DNA of 64,000 nt from Marsupella aquatica (taxonomy: Eukaryota; Plantae; Marchantiophyta). Positions 43,973-56,900 of the stretch are shown here, piece by piece (position 1 is the first letter of the stretch; every line of letters starts with the position of its first letter). Both the position numbers and the translations under genes were made by a program. A model generated the notes under the pieces. That model had not been told where the DNA came from and did no database searches. It saw only the letters and a program-made list of their open reading frames with translations. The stretch spans positions 23,310,709 through 23,374,708 of the forward strand of contig OZ316894.1 of NCBI GenBank assembly GCA_973895155.1. The letters run 5' to 3'.

Positions 43973-44068
43973 CGTCGTTGCACCGAGTCAAGTCCGCGCA
44001 TCATCGCTCAGAGTCGACTCCGTCGTTGCACCGAGTCAAGCCCGCGCATCATCGCTCAGAGTCAAGTC
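43973..44068 (+). repeat. 48-bp tandem duplication in the RLK-A 5' region
   Basis: cgtcgttgcaccgagtcaag.ccgcgcatcatcgctcagagtc occurs at 43973 and 44021. Confidence 0.85.
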
Positions 44069-44676
44069 GACACTTCGACACAAGAAACGAAGTCACTTTC
44101 CTCGCCCACGAGAGGTAGAAACCCAGCTCAGTGTTTCAAACGAAGTGGCTGAATGGCGTCATTAGGATTCTCAGCACTTGTGGACTTGAGGTTGAGCATG
44201 TTTGCGATTTCTGGTAGGAACTTCTTGCTACCGTCCTCTCTCTCGTCATTAGCATTCAGTTCAGCCGACGATGATTGAAGTTTTCGTCTCTTGGACGTGG
44301 AGAAATATGCCACAGATTTGTCTTATTTTTGATGGGGTTCCTTCACTGAAACATTTTTAGCCTCTTAGATGTCAATGAATCCTGTTTCAACATTGCTTTC
44401 AACCAAATACCGTGATAGGATTGAAGCTTTCTTCACTGAAACTTGGAATAGGACGACTGCTGTACCTTGAGGACGTGAGGACCTGAGGACCTGAGCGTGG
44501 ACCGCTGCTCCTTCCATACTTGTGACAAACGACACCATCCTGTCAAGGCGACGACTCATGTGCGCGATTGAGGATTGTTCTCGGGCGAAAAGCTTGCAGT
44601 TCATGCAAGTTCGAAAGTGAGGATTTCCCGTGGAGTAACGGAGCCTGCTCTTCGAGAGTAAGGTGCAGTCTGAACC

Positions 44677-47633
44677 ATGATGGCGTGCAAAAGAAAAAAG
44701 CGGCCACTCCTGCAGTTCCTCGCCTGTCTGGTGGCAATCTGCTGGGCTGCATCTCGTTCATCGGTCTACGCCATACTTCTGCAATCGTCTGTGACCTACA
44801 ATAACGGAGCATGCGACAATTTTAGTGTTGAGAGCAAATGCGTCCAGGCTCTAATCTCCGACGATCATGTCGAAATCAACTATGCGCTCGCATTTGTCAA
44901 CCTAGAGGCGACTCCTGGCGCGTATACGTTATCCATCGTTTGGACTGCATATCCCACCGGCTCGCAATATCAGAGAATCATTTGGAGTGCCAACAGAAAC
45001 CAGCCCGTCAAGGTTGGGGCATCGTGTACCTTCTCCCCGTATGGCAGCTTGGTTCTCTATGATAGCGATGGCTCCCAGGTGTGGTCTACCTACACAGACA
45101 ACATGGGTGTGACTGGCCTCGACTTGAACTCAACCAGTGGGGAATTGAGACTCGTTGGCGCTGGAAATCAGACAGTATGGTCGAGTTTCTCTTACCCCAC
45201 TGACACTCTCGTGGCGGGACAGGAGCTGGTGTGGCTGGGGATACCGCTAGTCAGTGGAAAGTCGAGTCTTAACAACTCCGAAGGAGCGTACTCACTTGTA
45301 ATGCAGCCTGCAGGACTGGTCCTCTATGCAAGCCTGCCTGATCCTCAACCTTACTATGTGTGGAATTATTTTGCACAGTCTCAGGAGGCCATGCCAGTTT
45401 CCTCTCTTCTGAAGACTTGTCACAACCCTGTGACCCTCGGACTCTCTTTCAATGGTGAGGTGTATTTGTCAAATAGCTCTCGGAGCAATCTTAGTCCAGG
45501 GAACAGGCAGAACTACACATCCCAGGCTCTGTGCAATCTCCCGTCAATTTATAGTGTCATCAAGACGAGCTCGTATCCCAACCAGGCTAACACGACTTTC
45601 ATGGTTCTAGAAAGCGATGGTAACCTCAGAGTTTACGTCTACGCTCTCGGAGGAGTGTTGACGACAGATTATGATTTTTTCAAAAACACCCAGTGCGATC
45701 TTCCAAGTGTTTGTGGTGGCTATGGTGTGTGCAAAGCAAATGGGCTGTGCGAGTGCCCAAAGGGTCAGATCCCGTGGGCGAACTCATCTCATCCCACAAT
45801 GGGATGTTCCACTTCTCAAGGCTCTTTGGGAGCGTCGTGTGTTGCCAATTCCCAGGTGCAATTCGGTCAGGTCACGGCTGTGGAATACTTTTCGAACAGT
45901 TTCAGCGCCCCTACTGACATCAACATATCAATTAGTCAATGCGAAAATCTCTGCGCGAAGAACTGCTCTTGCACGGCTTCGTTCTACAATTCACAGTCCG
46001 GGGCTTGCTACTCTGTGTTCGAACCACTCTCGGCGATGAGATCCAGTCCGAATTCCAATTTGAGCGCTTTAGTGAAAATCACTACTGTAACACCAGGGGC
46101 CCTTGCGCCACGGAGTGTTGCACTGAAGAAGAAGACGAGCTCCAGCCATGTAGCTGTGGGGATTGGCGTTGGGGTCTCTTGCTTCGTCGTCGTCTCACTA
46201 GTTATGTTGGGAATAGTGATTTACGCAAAGTCCAGGCACAAGGCGAGACTGGATCTGCAAGCGAAAGAAAATGGGTTTCTGCAAACCCTTCCAGGATTAC
46301 CTCCGCGATTTTCTAGAAAGGAGGTGGATGTAGCGACCATGGGGTTCACGAAAACGCTTGGGTCTGGAGGCTTTGGCACGGTGTACGAGGGCACTCTGAA
46401 GGACGGATCAAAGGTTGCTGTCAAGCAGCTAGAAAAGTCTAAGAGTACGAAAGATTTTCGTGCGGAGATGGCCACTCTGGGCAACATCCATCATATCAAT
46501 CTCGTTCGTTTGAGAGGCTTCTGTGTGGAGGGTCCGCACAATATGCTCGTGTATGAATTCATGCCGAATGGATCTCTTGACAGGTGGCTTTTCAACCCTG
46601 ATTCGGAAGCCGCCAGCTTATTGTCCGACGCACTGAAATGGGACACTCGCTTCAAAATTGCTCTAGGCACTGCCCGTGGCCTGGCTTATCTGCATCAAGA
46701 TTGTTCAGGTTTTTGCACATCTCTTCTGTCTCTCATCATATTTCTCAGTGCCTCAGGAGGAGCACAGTCCCGAATGTCTCTCAAAATCAAGCATGTGCTT
46801 CAGTTCCGGATTTCATGATTTGCTTGACATATCCATTTGCCTGGGTTGTGAAGTTTGCGTATTTGTTATAGATCAGTAGCATCGATATTTGCGAATGTGA
46901 TGCTATTCAAACATTCGTAGTCTTTGTCACTCTTTCTACTAGAGTCACGTGTGCCCTTTCCTAAACATTCCTGAGCTTGGATTGTTTGTGCTGAACAGAG
47001 CGTATTATCCATCTCGACGCCAAACCGCAGAATATTTTACTCGACGAAGACTTCAATCCTAAAGTGGCAGACTTCGGTCTCTCGAAGCTGGTGGACAGAG
47101 ATGACACCGGCGTGGTGACAACGATGCGAGGAACACCTGGGTATTTGGCTCCGGAATGGCTTCTCGAAGGTGCAATTACAGACAGAACTGACGTGTACAG
47201 CTACGGCATTGTCTTGCTAGAGCTGGTTGCAGGAAGAAAGTGTCTAGACCGTTCTACGCAGGATGCTAAACGAACTTATCTTCCAGGGTGGGTACTTCGG
47301 TGCGTGCTTCAGGGAGACGCATTGGAAGTAGTGGACCCGAGGCTGGAGATCATCACGGACAACGAAGAGCAGGTTAGGAATGTGATCCAAATTGCTTTAG
47401 AATGTGTTCAAGAATACATGAACCTCAGACCATCCATGGCAAATGTGGTGAAAATGCTGGAAGGCTTTGTGCCCGTTCCGGCTTTCAACAGAGACTCACT
47501 CGCGTCCAGGTACCGGTTTCTCAATCTGGTGGACAACTCTGGTGAACAATCACTGGGTTTTAGAAGCACTGGTGATAGCGGAGTGACTATCCCTTCCACC
47601 ATCAGCTCGACAAGATCTTCGTCGACAAGTTAA
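44677..47633 (+). CDS. G-type lectin S-domain receptor-like Ser/Thr kinase, copy A (SD-2-like, non-RD; ~888 aa, 2 exons)
   Basis: Exons 44677-46708 and 46999-47633 (GT-AG, phase 1). Domains: signal peptide, bulb lectin ([20 protein letters not shown]), EGF-like ([17 protein letters not shown]), PAN ([11 protein letters not shown]), TM, and kinase ([32 protein letters not shown]). Confidence 0.95.
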
Positions 47634-47667
47634 TTTTACAAGTATTATTTTGTACAGCAACGAATTC

Positions 47668-47868
47668 ACCCGACCGTGGAGGTGTTTTTGGGAGTTGGTT
47701 CATACCCGACCGTGGAGGTGTTTTTGGGAGTTGCTTCATTTCAAACGGTCAGTCCAAGCTGTCAAAGATTTTTTTGGAAGTCTTGTTTGGTTCATCTTAC
47801 TTATAAAGTTGTTTGGTTCATCTTACTTATAAAGTTGTTTGGTTCATCTGGAATCTTACTTATAAAGT
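47668..47868 (+). repeat. Short tandem repeats in the RLK-A 3' UTR (37-bp x2; 26-bp x3)
   Basis: acccgaccgtggaggtgtttttgggagttg occurs twice, and gtttggttcatcttacttataaagtt about three times. Confidence 0.8.
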
Positions 47869-48116
47869 GCCAATTACAAGTTAGAGTTGGGGACTAGATT
47901 TCTAGAATGAAGATTCTAGATTATGACTCCATAGCCCACCATGTGAATAGAAAAACTAATGACTATGATGTGTGTTAAATAATAATCATGTATATTTTCA
48001 TGCTTTCTATTTAGATTCAATAAATGGGTGTGCTTAGAAAGGATGATGATATGTTATTTACTATTATAAAAATGATTATATGTACCATGGTTTTTTAATC
48101 AGTTTATTAACATTTT

Positions 48117-48439
48117 TTTTTTGTCTTGAACAGAAATGGGGAGGAAATACAATTAGACTCCCCCCATACCAATGTGACAGTTTTCCTGTAGGGAACCCAG
48201 ACCAGGGTGAGCCCCAACTGATCGGACAGGGAACCGCACTAGGAAGGAGAGAGGATTAAATCAGGGTCACAAAGTGGACAACCAGGGGTCGAGCAGATAA
48301 TCAAAACTCCAATCTACTACCCACAAAACCCATCCCACCCACACACATATACCCTCCACACCCCAATGTGTGGAGGGGAGATTGAACCTGGGACCTCTCA
48401 ATTCCAAGCAAATCCCCTAACCAATTGACCTAAGCCAAA
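48117..48439 (-). mobile_element. tRNA-derived SINE with poly(A) tail and 14-bp TSD
   Basis: The minus strand begins ggctTAGGTCAATTGG (box A)...ccaGGTTCAATCTCC (box B). A poly-T on + at 48113-48122 is the tail. The perfect TSD TTTATTAACATTTT lies at 48103-48116 and 48440-48453. Confidence 0.85.
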
Positions 48440-48507
48440 TTTATTAACATTTTCAATGAATATGAATAGTGAATATATTTTGGTGACACTTTTATTGTAC
48501 TCTCCAT

Positions 48508-48925
48508 TATTCACGTTCAAAGAATGGGTAGTCAGGGCTAGTTACTCCAAGCCTACACCCGTTATTCACGTTCAAAGAATGGGTAGTCAGGGCTAGTTAC
48601 TCCAAGCCTACACCCTTGTCGATGAACCATACCCTGGCCAACTTCATTAACGTACCCAGAGTCACCTTCCAGAGATTTCACTCTAGCCTATAGACCAGAC
48701 ATTTAGGTCATAGTGAGCTAGCAAAGCCAGTATATTATTATATGGGAAAGCCCTCTCATGAGAGCACTGTCCTGGATAGAGCCAGAGGACAATCCTGCCA
48801 TAGTGCCTTTTCCTGGTACACTGAGCTAGTAAAGCGAGTATATTATTAGATGGGAAAGCCCTCTCATAGCATTGTCCTGGACAGAGCCAGAGGACAAGCC
48901 TACCATGATGCCTTTTCCTGGTACA
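48508..48925 (+). repeat. Two tandem duplications (54 bp x2; ~108 bp x2)
   Basis: ttattcacgttcaaagaatgggtagtcagggctagttactccaagcctacaccc occurs twice. tgagctag.aaagc.agtatattatta.atgggaaagccctctcat...gccttttcctggtaca also occurs twice. Confidence 0.85.
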
Positions 48926-48984
48926 TTGCTCTAGTGAAAGGGCTTTAGGGTGCTTTGAGCCCTACTCAGTTTTTTTCTTACAAT

Positions 48985-49365
48985 ACGCCTAGGTTGTTTT
49001 CACATTTTTCCAGTAGCATTAGGCCAAGATAAGTGCATGGCAAAGTGCGTGAGGGGAGGGCTTTAAGATTCCATGAAGAAGACATCAATTATAAGAGTAC
49101 CTATGTGCTGTGGTTTAATGTATTTGTTGGAGACCATTTCTTTGAAGTTGGTGCTCCATAGACTACCACATTTGACAAGAATGATGCTTGGTTGGACTAT
49201 TGCAACTTGAGTGGATCACTCTGAATGAAGCTGAGATGGCACTTTTCCTTTGTATAATTGTCATTGTTTTGGGTTTCAAAAAATCATTGGTCCAGTGGAA
49301 TTCCAAGGTCAAACATTATAGTCTGTCCAAGCATCAACATCCAGTTTCTTTCCTAGGGGTCGGAA
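48985..49365 (+). repeat. 3'-flank block duplicated downstream of both RLKs (paralog at ~57450-57822)
   Basis: cgcctagg.tgtt...agtagcattaggccaagataagt...ccacatttgacaa...aaacattatagtctgtcc.agcatcaacatcca is shared by both copies. Confidence 0.85.
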
Positions 49366-52300
49366 TCATAAAAAACTATAAAACAAGGTGCCCTTTTCCT
49401 CCATGGTTATCTTACAGATTATACCTTTTGTACGTAGTACCCCAAAAATAAAAGAATTGAGCAAAAGAGGAAGGAATAAAGCCAAAGATGATAAACTTTA
49501 GTGTAAATGAAAGAGGAAAGGAAATATTTCCAAACACAAAGGAATCAATTGGGACAAGGAAACATAGAAATGAGATTAGGAAATGAGCACATGGATCCTT
49601 CTTTAGACATGGATCAATGACGATTCTCCTTGTACCTTCTTCAACCAATGCACAGGTGAGGAAGAATTGTTGCTTGTAATGCAAGTCAAAAGTGTACTAC
49701 TTACTAAGTTGCACAGTCCTTTTAATCAGAAACTATATTAATAAAAAACTACAATACTAGATCCTGCCACTTTTTAGCTTATAAAATTTACGGTGTATCG
49801 TGCCAGCAAAAACAAAAAAGACAAAGTTGGAAGGGAAAATTTGGAAATAAAATCAAGACTAAAACAAGTCACGCAAAACAGAGAAAGGGGGGCGAAGAAT
49901 CTTTCTTAATAAATCTCCTCTTGATACTCTCCATTGTACTTGCAAGTACAATCCCTGGACCCATGCGAAGAATCTTTGTTAATGTCCCCTTGATCTCCCC
50001 ATTATACTTACAAGTACAATCCCTGGTCCCATCAGTGTAACTGTTTCTCTCTAGGAGCCTCTACAACCCCCTTTTAAGTTTTAACTGAGGGACACTTGAC
50101 CGGTCACATTCTGGCTCCAAAAGGGACCAAATGACACAGATTTGACTGTATTCCCCTGCCGGTCCTGAACTCTCCTGGACCCGTCCCGGACTCCCCCCTT
50201 TAGCAAGCCGGTCAGGGCCAGTGCCAGGGATTAGGGTTTGGGGTCGGGTCAGATTGGGGCCGGGGACGACCAGGTGTGATGGATGATAGGGTCCAGACCC
50301 CTCATTTTCCGGGGCAAGTCCAAACCGGGTGCCATGTAGTACTCACATACTAGTAGCCCTTGCCCCATAGTACTCCCATGTTCCAAGCAATATATTTACA
50401 TAGTGCTCTTGCGAGGCCCTTGGTACTCACATGACAACAAATTGCATACTAGTAGGCAAAATTAGCCCCTCCCCTTGATACGTGCATGAAATAAGTACAC
50501 TCCATTGAAACAAATATATTTGGAAAAATTGAGTGTTTTTGACTGAAATAGCAGTGGGTTGAAGGCCAGGGTAGCGAGGTTTAGGCCCTGGGCCCAAAGT
50601 TATTCATAATGGGCCAGACATGCAAATGGATGAAGGGTGCAAAAACTCTAATTTGAGATTAATTTTTATTATCAGCTTGTAAGTATTAAGGGTAGGTTTT
50701 ATTCAGCGGACCCTTAACTTATAACTAATCCAGACTCACATAAATGTCGCCCAAGTTAATGTCCTTCAAGGTGTGGTGTAATATAATGTGCCACACGTCA
50801 CAACATGATTGGTCCACGCAACCACCCTTAATTGGAACATGTGTATGTGACATACATTACATATGGCATATGATAAAGAGTTTTTCAAGTTTCGAACATT
50901 GGGGCTTTTCAATGTACCTTGACTACCCCCGCATTCCAAAATGTGCAAAGTTGAATTTTGGGGTTAAGTTGGAGAGCGAGGGGTGCAGAACTTCTCCAAA
51001 TGAATTGGTGGGAGCTAGGTTTTTCATTCAAATAGAGAAGTGTTAGTCACGAGGAGAAATGCAAAGCCCATGAAAACATGAATCAAAACCTAGATCTCTC
51101 TAGGTTTCCATTTAGGTTTTATAAACATCAATCAAAACGTATAGAGAATGTTGCTGTTAAAAAGCAATGACTGAAGCATCAAATAGAGTCAGCACACATT
51201 CCAACACGCCTGACAACTTGAGCATTAGGTGAGTGTGGATCACATTGTAGTGTGCGGGACACATACCCTACTACCCTAGTCTTAGCTTCATGATCTTTGA
51301 TAATGAGCATATTCTTACTTGCTTCCGGGCATACCCTTTATTGGGTTCTTGGTCTTTGGGATCCAATGAGAACAAACTAATTGAAAAAATAAATTAACAA
51401 AACCTTGTACTTTTTATTATACTTAGGCACTTTTGAGAGGGCTCGTTGCTAGTTAGCCTGCAGTGTGCCAAAAAGTGAGGATATTTAAAAGGGGTTTTTT
51501 AATTTAGTTTTTAATTTCATACCCCTTTTAGTCTGGCCATTTTTACCCCTCTCAAATTAATTTTTATCCTTTTAAATATCTTGTGGAATATGAAAATAAT
51601 ATTTTAACAAAAAATGTATTTTTAATGCCTTTAATACAAGGTTATAATTAATTAGTAGCCTTGGCAAGATTAAAAATGACCTGTATTTGTTTGCATCCCA
51701 TTCTAGTAATCCAACGAGTGATTTCCAGGGGTTGATGTTTCACTGTTCAACCAATAACATGTTACTCAACGGTGGTGAAGATTTTTGAGAAAAGGACCTA
51801 AGAACCCCACTGTCAAATTCTCTCATTTGGTGCTAAGTTGAGTGTTCATGAACCTCAACATAATTCAACTTCTTCTATTACAGCTTGGGAGCCACTTTTC
51901 CTCTTGATTGTCTGTTAGGCCCAGTCGACGCACCTGCCATTTGCAATAGTCTCATAGTTTCTCACTGTTTGACACCGTTAGCCAAAACAACTTGAGATGA
52001 AACCAAACAACTTAAACACTCTGTTTGGTACTTCAAGACATTATCACTCAGAACTCAAAATTAAAAACAGTTGTTCTACTTAAGAGAGTTGTAAATGTAG
52101 TCAATTCTACATGTCCATATCTACGCTTCAAAAACCACTTGTCTGTATTGGGCACCAACCACTGGTTCGAGTCAAATAGTGACAAAGGACAAAGTGAACT
52201 TTGAGAGGGCTCGTTGCTAGTTAGCCTGCAGTGTGCCAAAAAGTGCGGTCATGAACTCAGTGTACCGCACATTCCAACTTTGCTTCCCATAGCAAAAAAA

Positions 52301-53940
52301 CGGCCAGATTAAAAGCCCACATGGCCAGATTAAAAGCCCACATCTTTTAATGTTTGAGAGGCCCTATTGTTCTCTCAGCTAATCGAGTTGCATACCTTCC
52401 ATGAGCGCACAGAACAGGGAGAAAATGATGAGGGATGAGTGCATAGGAGTCCGCAACATACAGTGGTCTGGCCGGGAAGAAATGAATAGTGGGCGATGGC
52501 AAGGGGCAGGAATGAAACAGTGGGCGATGGCAAGGGGCAGGAATGAAACAGTGGCCGGGCAAGGGAGGGGGCCCTTTATATATACCACAACTGCACCTAT
52601 AAAGAGCTAAGGGTTACCCAAACTTCTCATTGTAACATGCTTAGGTTCCCACAAAAGCTGGTGAGTGCAAAACTTTTTTTTTGCAAGTGCTCCATCTTTT
52701 GCGGTTAGACAGTGTTCATCACAGGGCAGGAATCAGGAGTGAGAGAGAGGGAATGAGGCTTTTGTAGGTGTGGTTTAAGCAACAAGCGCGGCTGCATTTT
52801 TGCAGGATACTACTCACACCCGACGGATTTCCTGAGCGATTCCAAGTCAACCAATCTCGCCACCAATTTGTCTTCTCGTTCAGTTTTGTCTGGTTGAGGC
52901 AAAGTTGTCATGTCGTCCCTCAATGGAAGCACGGCCCTGATAGCGCCACCTCCCACCTTCCTACCTGACTGTCCTATGTGGTGATTAAACTTATCGAGGA
53001 ATTGACTTTGTAGTTTATATCACTGTCTAGGTAGTATTCCCAAGTCAAGCACAAATCGTGCATCCACTGGGTGTTCTTGTGTAGGTACATCTTCCTTTGC
53101 GGGATTCCTGGAAAGCTTGGTGTACGTGGCGGTGCAATGGTGTCGCATACGACGTCGAATCCTAGGCAGAATTGCGCATCATTCGGTCTCCTACCCCGGA
53201 GACGGCGTAGCCCTCGGCGCGTCGTGGCTGCCCAGTCAACAGAACAAAATGTTTCAGTAGTGCCCAGCCCACGAGAGACAAAACCCAGTTCCGCGTTTCT
53301 AATGAATGGCTCGAGCGAGCTCAATGGCGGTTTAGGATTCTGAGTACTTGACTGTGGACTTGTGCTTGTGCATGTTTGCCATTTCTGATAGAAACTTGTT
53401 GCTACGTACGGTCCTCTCTCTCGCTGTTAGCCTTTCAATGGAGCCGGGAATGATTAAAGTCGTTTTCATCGTCAAAGTCGAGAACTATGCAACAGAGTTG
53501 TCTTAATTCTTGCTGGGTATGTCACTGAAACTTTTTTGCTTCTAAGAACTCATGATTTGTGTTTCAACATTCTCAAATATGCGACCGAGTTGTCTTCCTC
53601 TTGATGGGTTTCTTTATTGAAACTTTTTTTGCTTCTAAGATTTCAACGAATTCCGTTTCAACATTCTTATAACCGAATACAGCGACAGGATTGAACCTTT
53701 TTTCACCGAAACTTGGAATAGGACGACTGCTGTACTTGTGGACCTGAGGACCTGAGCGAGGACAGCTTCTACTTTCTACTTTTGACAAGCCACATCATTC
53801 TGCCAATGCGACGCTCAGTCATGTGCGGGATTGAGTATTATTCTCGGGCGAAAAGCCTGCAGTTCAAGTAAGAAAGTCGGGATTTTCCGTGGAGTGACGG
53901 AGCCTGCTCTTCGAGCGTTAAAGGCGCAGTTTGAAGCAAG

Positions 53941-56900
53941 ATGGCGTGCACGAGGGCGTGCAAAAGAAAGAAGCGGCCACTTCTGCAGTTCCTCGCCTGT
54001 CTGGTGGCAATCAGCTGGGCATCTCGTTCATCCGTCTACGCCATACTTCTGCAATCGTCTGTGACCTACAATAACGGAGCATGCGACAATTTTAGTGTTG
54101 AGAGCAAATGCGTCCAGACTCTAATCTCCGACGATCATGTCGAAATCAACTATGCGCTCGCATTTGTCAACCTAGAGGCGACTCCTGGCGCGTATACGCT
54201 ATCCATCGTCTGGACTGCATATCCCACCGGCTCGCAATATCAGAGAATCGTTTGGAGCGCCAACAGAAACCAGCCCGTCAAGGTTGGGGCATCGTGTACC
54301 TTCTCCGCAAATGGCAGCTTGGTTCTCCATGATAGCGATGGCTCCCAGGTGTGGTCTACCAACACAGACAACATGGGTGTGACTGGCCTCGACTTGAACT
54401 CAACCAGTGGGGAATTGAGACTCGTTGGCGCTGGAAATCAGACAGTATGGTCGAGTTTCTCTTACCCCACTGACACTCTCGTGGCGGGACAGCAGCTGGT
54501 GTGGCTGGGGATACCGCTAGTCAGTGGAAAGTCGAGTCTTAACAACTCCGAAGGAGCGTACTCACTTGTAATGCAGCCTGCAGGACTGGTCCTCTATGCA
54601 AGCCTGCCTGATCCTCAACCTTACTATGCGTGGAATTATTTTGCACAGTCTCAGGAGGCCATGCCAGTTTCATCTCTTCTGAAGACTTGTCACAACCCTG
54701 TGACCCTTGGACTCTCTTTCAATGGTGAGGTGTATTTGTCAAATAGCTCTCGGAGCAATCTTGGTCCAGGGAACAGGCAGAACTACACATCCCAGGCTCT
54801 GTGCAATCTCCCGTCAATTTATAGTGTCATCAAGACGAGCTCGTATCCCAACCAGGCTAACACGACTTTCATGGTTCTAGAAAGCGATGGTAACCTCAGA
54901 GTTTACGTCTACGCTCTCGGAGGAGTGTTGACGACAGATTATGATTTTTTCAAAAACACCCAGTGCGATCTTCCAAGTATTTGTGGTGGCTATGGTGTGT
55001 GCAAAGCAAATGGGCTGTGCGAGTGCCCAAAGGGTCAGATCCCGTGGGCGAACTCATCTCATCCCACAATGGGATGTTCCACTTCTCAAGGCTCTTTGGG
55101 AGCGTCGTGTGTTGCCAATTCCCAGGTGCAATTCGGTCATGTTACTGCCGTGGATTACTTTTCAAACAGATTCAGTGCCCCTACTGACACGAACATATCG
55201 ATTACTCAGTGCGAAAATCTCTGCACGAAGAACTGCTCTTGCACGGCTTCGTTCTACAATTCCCAGTCCGGGGCTTGCTACTCTGTGTTAGACCCACTCT
55301 CGTCGATGAGATCCAGTCCGAATCCAAATATGACCGCTTTAGTGAAAATCACTACTGTAGCACCAAGTGCCGTTGCGCCACTGAGTGTTCCACCGAAGAA
55401 GAAGACGAGCTCCAGCCATGTAGCTGTGTGGATTGGAGTTGGGGTCTCTTGCTTCGTCGTCGTCTCACTGGTTATGGTGGGATTAGTGATTTACTTAAAA
55501 TCCAGGCACAAGGCGAAAGTGGATCAGCAAGCGAAAGAGAATGGGTTTTTGCAAACCCTTCCAGGTTTACCTCCGAGATTTTCTAAAAAGGAGGTGGATG
55601 CAGCGACCATGGGGTTCACTAAAACGCTTGGGTCTGGAGGCTTTGGCACAGTATACGAGGGCACGCTTAAGGACGGATCCAAGGTTGCTGTCAAGAGGCT
55701 AGGAAACTCTAAGAATACCAAGGATTTCCGTGCAGAAATGGCCACTCTGGGCAACATCCACCATATCAATCTCGTTCGTTTGAGAGGCTTCTGTGTAGAA
55801 GGTCCGCACAATATGCTCGTGTATGAATTCATGTCCAATGGGTCTCTTGACAGGTGGCTTTTCAACCCTGATTCGGAAGCCGCCAGCTTATTGTCCGACG
55901 CAATGAACTGGGACACTCGCTTCAAAATTGCTCTAGGCACTGCCCGTGGCCTGGCTTATCTGCATCAAGATTGTTCAGGTTTTTGCACATCTTCTCTGTC
56001 TCATCCTAATTCTGAGTACCTCAGGAGTAGCACAGTGCCGAATGTGTCTGATGAGAAAATTAAGCATGTGCCTCCGGAATTCATGATTTCCTTGAGACAT
56101 CTATTTGCCCTGGTTGTGAAGTTTGCGTGTTCATGTAAGATCCGTACCATCGATAATTTGCGAATGCGCTGTCTTTCGAACATTCGTAGAGTCTCTGTTA
56201 CTCTTTCTAGAGTCACCTGTGCCTTCACTAAACTGTGTTGAGCTTGGAATGTTTCTGTTGAACAGAGCGTATTATCCATCTCGACGTCAAACCGCAGAAT
56301 ATTTTACTCGACGAAGACTTCAATCCTAAAGTTGCAGACTTCGGTCTCTCGAAGCTGGTGGACAGAGATGTGAGCGGCGTGGTGACTACGATGCGAGGAA
56401 CACCTGGGTATTTAGCTCCAGAGTGGCTTCTCGAAGCTGCTATTACAGACAAAACGGACGTGTTCAGCTACGGCATTGTCTTGCTCGAGCTGGTTGCAGG
56501 AAGAAAGTGTCTGGACCGTTCTACGCAGGATTCCAAAAGAAGATATCTTCCAGGGTGGGTACTTCGGTGCGTGCTTCAGGGAGACGCATTGGATGTAGTG
56601 GACCCGAGGCTGGAGATCAGCAAGGACAACGAAGAGCAGGTTAGGAATGTGATCCACATTGCTTTAGAATGCGTTCAGGAAGACATGTACCTCAGACCGT
56701 CCATGGGAATTGTGGTGAAAATGCTGGAAGGCTTTGTGCTCGTCCCGGATCTCAAGAGAGACGAAATCTCGTCCAGGTACCGGTTTCTCAATCTGGTGGA
56801 CATCTCTGGTGAGCAATCACAGGGTTTTAGAAGTACTAGTAATAGCGGATTGAGTATCTCTTCCCACAGCAGCTCGACAAGATCTCCGTGGACAAGTTAA
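53941..56900 (+). CDS. G-type lectin S-domain receptor-like Ser/Thr kinase, copy B (non-RD; ~890 aa, 2 exons), tandem paralog of copy A
   Basis: Exons 53941-55978 and 56266-56900. Same domain order and intron position as copy A, with catalytic loop HLDVKPQN. The upstream region ~53070-53940 is homologous to ~43870-44680. Confidence 0.95.

Noticed and set aside
46709-46818. RLKs truncated in the kinase domain, as the ORF track suggests (also 55979-56241)
   Set aside because: These are intron read-through. GT-AG splicing restores complete kinase domains in both copies.
48360-48439. tRNA gene
   Set aside because: Box A/B are present but I cannot fold a convincing cloverleaf. The body, A-tail and TSD identify a SINE.
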